Positions 50,401 through 62,933 of a stretch of DNA of 64,000 nt are shown piece by piece (position 1 is the first letter of the stretch; the number at the start of each line of letters is the position of its first letter). This DNA comes from Balanoglossus misakiensis (taxonomy: Eukaryota > Animalia > Hemichordata), in assembly GCA_040954595.2 (NCBI GenBank), contig CM082578.2, positions 18,246,728 to 18,310,727 of the forward strand, in the 5' to 3' direction. The notes below the pieces were generated by a model. The model saw nothing but the letters and a program-made list of their open reading frames with translations, made no database searches and was not told where the DNA came from. A program made the position numbers and the translations under genes.

Positions 50401-53400
50401 ATGGAAACTCCTTCCAAACGGCCCTCTCGCCATTTTCATCATCAGCTGGGTAAACAATTTCCTGAAAGAAAGACAACAATTCCAACTGTCACATTATAAT
50501 CATCCTGTGCATGTATAATGTGGATACTTTTTTCATGTCTACAAACATCAAACTGGAAAAAAACTGGTGTTTAATGAAAATATAACACTCTTTCAAGAAT
50601 TAATACCAAAGATTCTTTTCCGAAACTCACCTCACAATCTTCCTTGTTGATGGGAATTATGGAATCTTTGGAGTTGATATTTTCATCAATGTAACCCTTA
50701 GGAACATGGCAGGCCCATCTGGACTTGACATTTTGACTCTCATCTTGGTAGTAAGGACATCGTCTGGCATTATTGGTCATGATGGCAATGTCCTGCAATT
50801 TCCATCGGAATAATACAAATTTTAACCTTGGGCATAATTCTACTGTGATCTGATGTGAATGGCGACATTTGTCTTGATGATATATGTGCAATTGTTTTGA
50901 TAATGTGACCTTTTCAAAGGTTTAAGAGAATTTTTTTAAAAGCTTTCTTCTTGAAGTCCTTCAGTAAAGTTATGATAGCTTGTAGCTATGTCCTTCATGA
51001 ATAATGCACAGTGTGAAATTGTATTAGTTTGTCTATGAACTAACATTCCACACAAAGTATTGATTTCATGGTGAAATATGAAAGGAGTGAAGGACCACCT
51101 CAGTAGTCTTTGAAAGTGACTTTTTGTTGAAGTCTAAATTTAAACTTTCTGTATTGTTTTGAAAACATGACAGTTGAAGAACTGATATTATTTCATTTTA
51201 GAAGGACAAAGAAGGGCTCCACATCACTCAATGAAAGAGACATATACTTTACCTTCCATTCTGATGGATGCCAATATGGATAGTAATCATGTTCTTCTGG
51301 ACACTCGTAACCATAGCGATTACCATTGTTGTTCTGTCTGGTATATTTTGCAGTGGTTCCTTTCAAATTCTAATAATATTATATTCAATAACACAAGCAG
51401 GTCAAGTATGACAAAATTCCAGATCAAAATATATCAGGCAATTATGATAATACTGTAACAATGTACATCAAATTAACCAAATAATTGTATTTAAGACGTG
51501 AAATAATTAACTTTTCACCCAACTCTCTTGTAATATAAAATGTTTGCACCATTCATTTAAACTACACTCCTGATCTGACTTCAAAGTGATTGACTATTTA
51601 CAGATGGACCCTTAATTACAGTGTTTCCACCAAATATTCCATATGCTCACCTGATCAGCTGTGAACAGGCCCTGGTTTCTCTCTCTCAGTCTACAGTTGG
51701 TGTAGAAGTCATAGTTTTCATGCATGCCATATTCTATGTCCCTGTTACAATCATTGTTAGCACAGTCCTCAGCCTTTTCAGGAATAGTTCTGCAAATCAA
51801 ATCAAATGAGAAATGTACATAGTTCACATATCAAAGTACCGGTAAGCTAGTGAATTTGACTTTTGAACTTGACCTCTTTAAGTAACAAACCAAGGTCTAT
51901 TTCATGTGATAAATTTCCCTTTCCTTACAGTGCCGTTATACAAACAGTAAGTGGGTTGCCAAAGTTCCACATTTCCTTCCTATGTATTGTAAGTGAGGAG
52001 AAAGGGAAACTGTCTTTGACTTAGTTTGTAAGGGAAACAAGTGTACTTTGATAAAGGTCAGGGTCATTATAACTTTATATAAATTTAGGATATACAGGAA
52101 CCTGATTCATGGAGTTCAGAGAAAGTACAGCAGACACATGACATCACTGAGAGGTACATACAAGTGAATGATCCCACACCAAAAATGGGCATCTTCAGTT
52201 ACTATTCCAATTATGGCCAACAACAAAAAGCACGGTTGTAAATGTGCCAAGTTTTGCATGCACACCTCATGGATGATCTGCTATTCAGGGAAATCACATG
52301 ACGCCAACACCGCTGCTTCCCAGTAACCATGGTAACTTTTGCTGATAGGCAGTGAATATGCCCACAATAGCATGCAGTGTATACTTACGTCCTGACTGCG
52401 CCATCTCTCAAGTCATCGTGACACATGTATTGCAAGATCAGTTCACAATGACTGTTGGGGTCACCACAGGAGTGTTGGTTTGTCCTAATGTAAAACAATA
52501 TACAGACAAGTTTCATAAGATGCCAACTCAATATCACACCTCAACAAACACATACACACCCACTTGTCAGAGAAAATCCCACTCTCTGGAAACATTACTC
52601 ATTCTCATGTTCTGTCTGACATACTTGACACACACGAGTGCACAAATTGACAGTAGCTGAGTACATTCTGTAAGCTAAACTTTCCAGTCAAGTGGATTTG
52701 GCAAATAAGAATTTTCAGATATAAAAGGAAATTGATGTGGAAACCATACTGTCTAATCTTAGTGACCCAGAAGAAATGGAAATCCACACCCAGTCATGTG
52801 ACGATGAGACATGTCTGGTACATTTGTTCAAATAAAAAGTGGAGGTAGTACTGTATGTACACGCGAGTACTTGTGTGATATGATTGCTTTTCTGTTGCAT
52901 ATTATTTGGCAGAATTTTTGGACCAAATTCTTTCATTTTATCACTGACTGCTTGAAGAAGCACCAGAGATTATTTTTTACATGTAAAGTTAACTGACCTT
53001 AACAGGAAGGTTTCATGTTATGAACTTAGAGAGAATCTTATTGATAGTATGAGAGATAGATTACAGAAATATTATCCTGTACTCTCTTGTACTGGTTAAA
53101 TGTTGTGATTTCACAGGATAGGATGTGTGTATGGTTAAATATAGATCTGTGTCACCCTGAAAGTAATGACAAACTAATATGAAAATGATTTCATAAACCA
53201 TACAGCTGGAGGTCACTTGATAATACCAGTATATAACATGTGCACCCCACTGGGAATTCTCGATGAAATCATTTAATTGGCCTAGATTGGCATCCAAGTA
53301 CATCTGAGCTATTATTTGCATCTCACTTGCTCCATACATGATGTGTGTGTTCCTATGACATCACCACTTTGTTACTGTCTACTAGTCACAAGCATGTGAC

Positions 53401-56400
53401 ATCACATGCTTGGCTAGTGAAAGGATATGCCCCATTTAAAAAGTATCGGTGGCATTTTAGAAACAGTATAGACATCCGAACAGTGAAGAAAAGGAGAGAA
53501 TTCTTGGGATTGTCATGGCTTCTACCAGATTGTGTGTTATATATGCCACATTTCCTAATGGCAAATGAAATTTTCACATTTGACAATTACTGCTCATTTT
53601 TTTGCCCTACTTGCAGAAAGAATTAATATTGGACAGAAGATTGCCGCTTGCCTGATGCAGTAAATATTAACGCCCAATTGATATATTTTATTTTTAATAC
53701 AAAATTACTGGAATACATGGAATACTTTGATGGTGTGTCATTCCAGAGGTGGATGGTATTTCATATGGCCTAGATTCAAATGCCCTGCAGGAAGCTGCGT
53801 GCATAAACACTCAGCTAACACGTTTATGTTACCTATCTTACACTTTATTAAAAATGCCATATCAATAAAGCAAATCACTCAAATTGTTTCAAGTGTTTAG
53901 ATATGATTTTCAACAAGAGACTGAATTGAATAATATTGAGAGCTGAAGAAAAAGTCTACTCGGTCTGCCTATACTCAAAAGTGAGCACTTGTATGGGCAC
54001 CCCTGATTTGTCCTTTTTTGTAGCATTAGAAAATCTCTGAAGGTGCTCATCTTATTTTAGAAGTTGGACCGCCCGCAGACATACTTCAATGACACTAGCT
54101 TGCCGTTATGAAATCGTAAAAGGTCGACAACACAATTAAATGTCATGGTTGGAACACCTGTTGAGTTAAAGAACTTGATGTTTGAGAATCGAACAAACTC
54201 TTTAACATTCCATTCTTTGTTTTTGGATAGTTCCCATGTAGTGAATCTCAGAGTTCGTGAGCAAGGAGGAATCTCTCTGTATAGTGCAACTAAAGGACAA
54301 TACAATGTAAATCTCCCCAAGAAAATAGTTCATTAACCCAGATTAGCTTGCTCCAAACAATCTAGATCTATCAGTTGGGTTACTGCATATAGATTGACAA
54401 ATCCACAACAAAAAGAGTGACATGTATAACATGACTCATATGACGTGTTTGCAAAGCCCACTGGGCATTACGGGTGACTCCAATACAATTACAAGACCAT
54501 ACTTGGTAGTAACAGCCCTCTTTGTTCTTTATTTAGCCATCTATTGTACCTATTCTTCGAACGTCACCAAAGTCATCCATGGTAATTGGGTTGACTTTTT
54601 CTGTTTCTGACAACTGGTGTCTTCTTTGTAGTTCCTTTACAAAACATTTTTTTTCTGCAAAGATATCTTTCTATGGATGACATTCCAACGTACTGAATGA
54701 TTAATCAGACCCAATTTGTTCATATAAACTAATCTACTTTACACTGTGCCTGTGTGATTGTGGTACAGAAAAAAAGTACCTGTTGAAAAAAGTCAATTTA
54801 TTTCTAGTTCATTTAACAAATCTTATCTCACACACTGCACTCATGGACGTCATGATTGGTCACTTTTTTACATTATCTCATAAATAATTAATGAACAGCA
54901 TTTTGGAAGAAAAGAAAAATTTGATGGCAATTGAAATACATGTATGATTAAAAAAGACCAGAATCAGTCAGCAAATGACCAAAAACTCGTTCCAGAGAGA
55001 CCAAAAAAAGACATCTATCACCAATTACCTTGAATACACACATGACTGAATTACATCATCATATGAATGGTCAGTTTATGCAAATTTGGATGGTCAGGCA
55101 TGATGTTTGGGAGACAAAGGAAAGTGGGTTCTTTGTTCAGGATGCATTGCTTGCAATTTGTAAATCTTCTCAGGAGCACAGCTTTTTTCACTTCCTATAG
55201 TTTGACCAACCATTATTTTTGTCTTTGGTGTGGAAAATTTTGGCGGGAAACCAACCCCATCAAGCAATGCCATTAAATGCAATGGGGTTGGAACAAACCA
55301 TGGTAGTGGAAGGGTTACATGTTTCATGATGAATGAGGGAGTGTGTGAATGAAAGTACAAATCTTACCATTCTATTTGTAGAATAGATCCCTCATAGTAG
55401 TACAAGCCACCAACATTATAGCCACCGCGATCGTTATTTTCTGAATTAAACAACCTGAAAATGTTAGATGAAGAATGATAATATTGAGCAAAGCAGTAAA
55501 AAAAGTCTTACAGACTGACAGAATATCACAGCCATTTCTCATCAAACCAAATGTCTCCACCTCTTCCATGCAGTGGGAAATTTCAGTCCACATTTGTGTT
55601 AAAATTTAAAATATATTTTAACACTGGTAAAATGCAATAAATATCCTGTACCAAAATGTTTCTAACTACTCAGTGATCCAGCACTATTATGTACGATATG
55701 ATCACCATTTAATTAAAATGTCATTTACATTACATATGTACTGACTAACATTTACCTGTTTGCATTTTGTCTGTTTCTTGAATTCTCATCCAATCTGTTA
55801 TTGCTCCCTCTGTTTGAAAAGAACAATTTTGATTACAGTATATCAAGTTTAGCTGGCTTATTGACAGGGGTGGGTGGGGGTAATTTCAGTATTAATCGAT
55901 TTCAACAGCATGTTGCATTTTACTATTAGTACCCTCAATGGATAGTGACAATCAAATTTCGATCTTCAGTACTTTCCACAAACCAAATCAAAGAATGTTT
56001 TTCGGATATTAAGTGGCATGAACTTCCAAGCCCGAAGTCCTACAAAATACAGATAAAGGATGGAGAAATGTGCATCAATGTGGATCATGATTTAGCATCT
56101 CAACTGAACGCGACTTTTCTACTGTGTTGTTCGGACTTTACTGTTTTTGGACAATTTCTCAGTGGTTTGCAGTTAGCTACTTTGTGTCCTTTTCTCCATC
56201 ATCAATCGCATTGTTAGAGAGTAGATGTGTTGATTTCAATTGACACCTTGGATGTTGCAAACTGTAGCCTCAAATTCTCGCCATAATATGCAATTTGTGT
56301 TTTTGATTTCTATGCAGATGGTGACAGTAGCAGAAAAGAAAGTTTGAAAGAAAACAACAATTGATAGTTAAAACAACGTTACGCGTATACGATAATGATT

Positions 56401-56506
56401 ACACCGTTATTAAACGCCGGTTTGTGTTTACGTACCGTGGATTGTGAAGGTAAATGTCTGCTCGGGCGCTAACCAGGACGGCCGCCAACACAGTTAACAA
56501 ATTCAT
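47455..56506 (-). CDS. DD3-3-like protein, type I membrane form (signal peptide, DD3-3 core, extra ~135 aa domain, TM helix, short tail), 776 aa, 14 exons
   Basis: Exons: 56506-56436, 55809-55756, 55454-55368, 52484-52389, 51789-51651, 51369-51253, 50792-50631, 50461-50256, 50135-50034, 49839-49684, 49556-49386, 48937-48699, 48466-48250, 47968-47455 (2331 nt, open frame). Motifs shared with the plus-strand paralog and recognised as Dictyostelium DD3-3 family: [116 protein letters not shown] followed by RR. Confidence 0.9.
48940..48959 (+). repeat. Poly-G tract (poly-C on the sense strand of the DD3-3-like gene)
   Basis: ~20 G directly adjacent to the acceptor of exon 48937-48699. Confidence 0.9.
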
Positions 56507-57894
56507 CTTCTTCTTTCGAAATCAGATGTTAGATGGAGCAAAGAACGATCACGACCAGCGCGATCTTGCTACTATGGGCTGATCGGAGTCTCAGATGTGA
56601 AACCCTTCGAAGATCAATAAAAGCTCAGTCACAGTGCAGTTGTTGGCTTCTGTTTATCAACTATTAATATCCTTCCGCAAATAAAAGCGTCCGTAGAGAA
56701 AGTGCAAAATTGACGCAATTCGCACTTTGAATAGGGGAAAATGTTCAAAAAGAATCTAAAGAATGTTCTTAAGTCCAACACAATACGTCTTAAACTGACA
56801 CAAATATACGATTTTACACCATATGCGCATTGTTTTAAAATGCAATGACGTAAGTGATTTGCCTGATGACTAAGCCTAGCTAATCAACCCGGAAATACAA
56901 ACGGGATGGTGTGTATCTCACGGAACCCGATGATAAAAGGTAGACAAAACCACGGGTAAGGATTGTGAAGACTTTCGTGAGACTTGGTAAGCATATCTCT
57001 CATTCAAAAGTCTTGTAGACGCTATGTTTTCTTGCTTGGAGAGACCAGCCCCCGAAACTTGCGTAACGTTAACAGTTATATTCAGATCGTTAATTGTCTT
57101 GCAGTCTTTGGTACAGTCGGCCGCTATCCGAACCCCTTGTTGATCACGATCATGTACATATCAATGTCGGCAGATTGGGAAGTAAACATTTTGAGAAACG
57201 GCGCGTTGCAGCATTTTCTGGAAAAAAGCAGATCATGTCAATCTCAAACCAATTTGATAATTGGACACTTCGTTTATTATTCTTACACACGCAAAATGAT
57301 ACAGTGTGACAAACGTAAACATGATTATGTGTATCGTTCTCTGGTTCGTATTCATTTCACGGCTGTGCTTACAGCGGTACATCTCTTCTTCTTTCAACCC
57401 ATTGTCCGAGGCCTCTGAACCAAAAGTCGCTTCAGTCTATAATGACGTATTTGGTGTAAAATTAACTTTCCATTGCGTCAGTGTCGTGTGTGCCTGTGAC
57501 ATTACATTGGTGATTGAAAACAATAATAGTGCGTTCACAGTTTTTCACGTTCGTGAAAACTTTTCACGACTGCCCAACTTTACTTTGCCAAAGTTTGAAA
57601 TTGTATGGGTATGACCATATATGGTAGGTTCCGCAGGTAAGAGAAAATCTCATTCAGCATTTGCGTCACAGCCTGTTGTCTTTAGAGAACAATCGGAGAA
57701 TGTGTGTTAATTTAATACAATCAATCGTAAAGAATTTGCATGTGCGTCTTCTCACAACAAAAGCCAAATTTACAAACACCACATTTTCTATTTGGGCGTT
57801 GTACTTCTTTTCCCCCCAGACCCTCCTCATCGTAGTTGTCAGTCCTGTTCCAGTAACCTGCCGAGAAGACTGAAGTGAACACATAGCGATCATC
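56507..57894. promoter_or_regulatory. Divergent promoter / 5'UTR region shared by the two DD3-3-like genes
   Basis: ATGs 1.39 kb apart; CpG-enriched; candidate 5'UTR intron of the plus gene 57637-57819 (CAG|GTAAGA ... ttttccccccAG); bZIP-like sites; CArG box CCATATATGG 57615-57624. Confidence 0.7.
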
Positions 57895-60800
57895 ATGGCA
57901 AACCTCACCTATCTGGTGTTTTTGGCTTTGCTGGCGGTTTCAAATGGTGATGTCTACATGCATAATCCACGCGGTTCTAATAACAGACTGAATGAAAAAT
58001 CTGCAGACAGAACTAATGCGAACAGACTGTTTGATTCTCAAGTAAGTGTTGAAAATCATTTTATTCTCTGTTTTCCGACAAAAGACAAAATCAGGGTACC
58101 TCCATCACAGACTGGGAGAATAGAACAAAGAGAGCGGTCATGTGGTCTGGACACAAAGCATTCATGGTCATCCTTCAATGGCAGACAAAGAACCGTCACA
58201 GCTTTACTTTTGCATGAGGTACATGAATCTTGCGTTATAACCTGGCTCAGGCAGGAAAAATAAAGTTTCAATTTTGAGTGCTCTGTTTTCTGACTTTTGA
58301 AATGAAAAAGGAAGTCACTCTGTTGGTCTATTCAAAGAAAGCATGGCTATCAGATAATTCACTGAAGATTTTTAGTGTAATGACTTGATTTCATGTTTTT
58401 CCCCGTATCTTTGTCTCCCTTACAGAACAACAACAGGGGTGGGTACAATGTTGGTGATGTTGATGACACTCCGTCCAATGATGAATCTGAACAGTACAGA
58501 ATGGTGAGCACAGCAGTTTCATTGGTGTAACTTTGCATGACTATATTACCCTCAGAAACGTGGAAAATAATAACGCTTTTGTTGTGGTAAAAAATGTAAA
58601 GAGAAAATGACAAAGTTGGAAGAGAACATTAAGTGGGATAAAAGTTGAAGGAGTGAAGGATGTAAGTGAAAAAAAGAAAGAAAGAAAGCGGGAATGAGTG
58701 CAGACTGAGAAAGACTCCTTGAACTACTTCTGTTGTAATATGATGTGCTCACTGGATTGTTTCGTTTATTCACAGCAATATTTTCAAAGCAGCAGTGAGG
58801 GAGAGAGCTACCTGAATATTGAGTGGACAAACCAACATGGATGCGGTGGTAGTGAAGATAGTGACCCACACAAAACTAACTGTAACATGGTCTTGCAGTA
58901 CATGTGCCAAGAAGATGTCAATTCAGCTACAGGTATAGTTAGTAGACCATGAATTCTGTCACAAGTTGTAATGGTGTGGATAAAATATCTGTGCAAAAAT
59001 TTCAATGAAACAGTTTATTGTTAAGTAAATAAGAATCAATAGGTGTAGTAGAAAATTTAAGTGAAATATAAACTCAAAATATTTGTTTGATATTGTGTTA
59101 TCATTGTAATGGTTAATAGTTAATTTATATGCTAATTTATGCAATTAATCCCACATTTGCATAATTAATGGTTAAGAAATAGACATTAGCACATGGTGCA
59201 TGGTGATCTTCTCATTTTGAATTTTTCCTCCCCCTGATAGGCTCTGATGACACTTTTCGAAACGGAAAAAATACTCAGACACCACGGCATACAAATATTC
59301 AAAATCTGAATGAAAACAGGGGAGCTGCAGATAATAGAAAATCCAACGACATCAACGAAGACAGAGGTCTCCATGAACCCTGGCAGTGGTATGATAAATG
59401 TTACAATAGAGACAGGAATCATGGTAAGAATTGAATGGTTTATAACAGTCTGCATCATGAAAATGCATTGATTGAGAGAAGAAAAACAAATTACATGTAC
59501 CTCCAATCTGATAGTTACGCATATTAAGTATGCATATTTCTGATATCTTATGCCCATTTCTAAGTATTTCAAAAGTCCATAGAGGGTGCTGTTAACTAGG
59601 ACTTGAAATAGAGGAGGGGGTATGTTAATGAGGGTGCCATGTCATATCTGATACTTTTGGGTTGTTTTCATACTTTCTAGATTTTGATTTTTTCAGTGAC
59701 ATTCTGTATGAAAATATAGCTTCATACAGTTATCGATCTGTACTAGAATACTTCTGGATTCATTTCATTGAGTCTGTGATTGTTTTCACTGTAGGGCTGT
59801 TCACTGCCGACCAGAATTTACAGAATAATGCAAATGGTTACAGCTCAGCCATTTACACCAGACAGAACCCCGACGGTAATCGCTATGGTTACGAGTGTCC
59901 AGAGGAGCGGGATTACTATCCCTATTTTCACCCGTCACCGTGGAAAGATATCGCAGTATTGGTTCAAGAGACTACTCATTGCAGGTATGAAGCACTGATT
60001 GGCTGATATAATTCAACACCTGGTCTCTGGCCAATCAGGCATTGGCTGCAGATTTAGCTTAACCAGTGTTAGTTTTATGGAGAATTCAGATTAAAATGAA
60101 AATCATGAGTGATCTTGACTTAAGTTTCTCTGCAGTAAACTGGTTTATAGTTTATTTTTTAGTCAGTGAACAAGAAATACATTGCAGTAATAAAAAAATC
60201 AGAATTTTGTACAAGACATATGCAACCTGAGTTAAATAGTAATAATTTTCTGTACGAACACCAACTGCCTTTGTTCAAGTTGTAATAGGGTTTTGATGGA
60301 TTTTAATCTGGACAGTTTTTTCCAGCAAGAAAGCTTCAATGTCAAGATGAAGTACGAGTGCGTGGAATACTATAACGCCGCTAGAACTCAAGTGAAACAC
60401 TGGTCACGATGGAATAACCAACAAGAATGCGAAGACAATGATGGCGACTGGTTGGAATTTGTCAATTTCCTAGAAGAGGCACCAGGTAATTATTTTAGAG
60501 GAACAATATCAATAAAGAGCAACTTGTTTGTTTCTTAGGTGAATACTAATATCTGTTTGAAATTACGGTGTGTGTAACAGTATTTGAGGAGAAAAAGTAG
60601 TTCGAAATGAAAATATTCTGTTCAAGATCACTATTGTTGTTTTTTGTTTGTCTGTCTCAGTAGAGATTTCTTTAAAATCCACAAGATTTGGTAAAATCAA
60701 CTGTAGACAAAAATGTCATTATTAGAGATTGTTTAATTTAATGCCTGTTATCAATACAATATGCCTGGTGATCTGTCACATTACAGCTTACACCTCCAAG

Positions 60801-62933
60801 TCTCAATGTGAGGCCAACTCCGGCCACATCTGGGGGAGACCATATGGAAGTACAGATCTTGAACAGGTCTGTTTAGTTGCCCTGGAAGCTCCTGATTGTC
60901 AACAAGCTCCATGGACAAGAGATAATCACCTTGGTAACAGCATAGGCGGTTACTCAGCTAACTATACATGGGTGCTACCATCATTCCCCTCTCAAGAGAC
61001 CCAAAGATGCATCTTCCGGTTCAGGTAAGTGTGACTTACCAGATTCATTTTTAATTAGGGATTAATAATACCGGTACGTCTTTATGGGCTAGTACAGTTT
61101 GAAAATAAATTTCATGAAAATTATCCCAAAAGTTGCAGCTCGGGGACTTTAAAACGAAAATCAACACTTATTCACACTGGTGATTCTGTGAGTTCAAAGG
61201 ATTGCAATGCATTTGTGGGTATATTTCATTTGTGTGTTTCATATCTTTTGTTCCAATGGTTACTTTCAGGTACAATATTACAACTGATGACTATGATCCG
61301 TTTAACACAACATCTGCTCAAAACAACAACCCGTAAGTACGGTATTTATCTGTAACCACCTTTAACCCATTCCATTGCAAATGTTTTAAAAGGAATTATG
61401 TGTACATCAGTGAAGTTATCTGGTATATTTTACAGATTGTATTCCTCCATATACGGTTTATAATCACGTCAATGCTACTGGGGTCTGTCCATTTTGTGTT
61501 GGAATTGTTGAAATTAACAATTGAAGAATGATCAGATTTTTTCTGACATTATTTTCAACATCATTTCAAGGGATGAAGGTGTCTATTCTCCAGTGGTTAA
61601 TAATCCAGCTGTGGACATCGGAGCTGCCAATGTGCCTCTGAGATTAGCCATCAACACTGCACAGTATGGCAGAGTCTTTCAAGATCGTTCACATGTCTTC
61701 AAGATAAAACCAAGACCAGCAGGTTGGTAAAAAAAAATTGTGCACTTACAGTAAATGATTTGCTTGAAAGTTGACAGTGTTGAACAAGTTTCTTGATCAG
61801 TTTTGAAGGTTGTGATGTAATTACCTCAGGAAATCTAATCATGAGTACTGTATGCATGTAGTTCTTAGTGTAGAAAAGGATGTCAGACCATGTATATTTT
61901 AGTCGATAAAATATTAACCTTTATGATTACTGAACAGGAACCAATGGCAAGAAAATCCACAACTTGAATGTACGTGGAAAGAGGGGAAACATTGTCCAAG
62001 TGTACCCAGCTGTAGAGTATGACTTTGTGCCAAACAGACTTGCCATAGATGAGGGAGACTTGGTGCACATACAGTGGACAGGTCAGTTTTTGAACAATTT
62101 AATGATTATCATCTGTATTCAATTTGTTGTATTGATCCAGAAATTCAATTGGTGTGTCTACTTTTTTATGCAGGCTCCAACACACATGATAATGATCCAC
62201 CAGGTGGTGATGGACAGACTGGGGATGATGGCGAGGGCACTGGTGGTAAGTGATTCTATATGCCACCATCATTTTCTTTATAATCACAACAGTTGGTAAT
62301 TATAGCTGATGCATTTGTCCACAAGAGCAATGTGGCAACAGGAGTTCCAAAGCCTTTGAAAATCTGATCATGATATCTTGTTCTAACATGTATGATTGGT
62401 CAACTTGGTTTTCCAGGTACAGATCGCCATAATTTTGTACAGATCAATGAAGCCCTGGAAAACTACCCTGTCCCGTACGAGAACAGCACCCTGTGGTCCT
62501 CTGTCAAGGTTGCGTGGATATATCATTCGGATGCTCCGACAACTGTGGCTGCCAAGGATCTGGCAGTGGCAATGGCTTCATCTGGATACTACAGGTAATT
62601 TTTGTGATTGCGCAGTCTTTGCAAAAACTCTGATCAGTACTTTTGTATTGCAACACACTCTAAAATTTGGACAGATCATTGCTTTTTGAACTTGAAAACT
62701 GATTTTAGTCAACTAATTTTTTCCATCCCTTCTTTGTCAGGTGCATGAGGAGTGCTGTGTGTCAGAGAAATTCTGTTGAGACCAAAGATGCATTGAACAA
62801 CCTGCTCAACAATGCACCAGCATCGTTTGAGGGCGCTGTTCTGGAGTTCACCAAGGGTACCTACCATTACGCCTGCACAAGAAACAACAACTTTACAAAT
62901 CGAAGCCAAAAGGGATACATACAAGTTTTGTAG
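57895..62933 (+). CDS. DD3-3-like protein, secreted form (signal peptide, DD3-3 core, no TM), 654 aa, 13 exons
   Basis: Exons: 57895-58041, 58426-58503, 58776-58932, 59241-59423, 59795-59984, 60316-60485, 60787-61024, 61270-61332, 61571-61722, 61938-62081, 62174-62245, 62417-62594, 62741-62933 (1965 nt, open frame). Signal peptide [18 protein letters not shown]; motifs [72 protein letters not shown]; ends [19 protein letters not shown]. Confidence 0.92.

Noticed and set aside
56984-57418. 144-aa ORF between the DD3-3 genes
   Set aside because: TTG start, no recognisable domain, lies in promoter or 5'UTR intron sequence.
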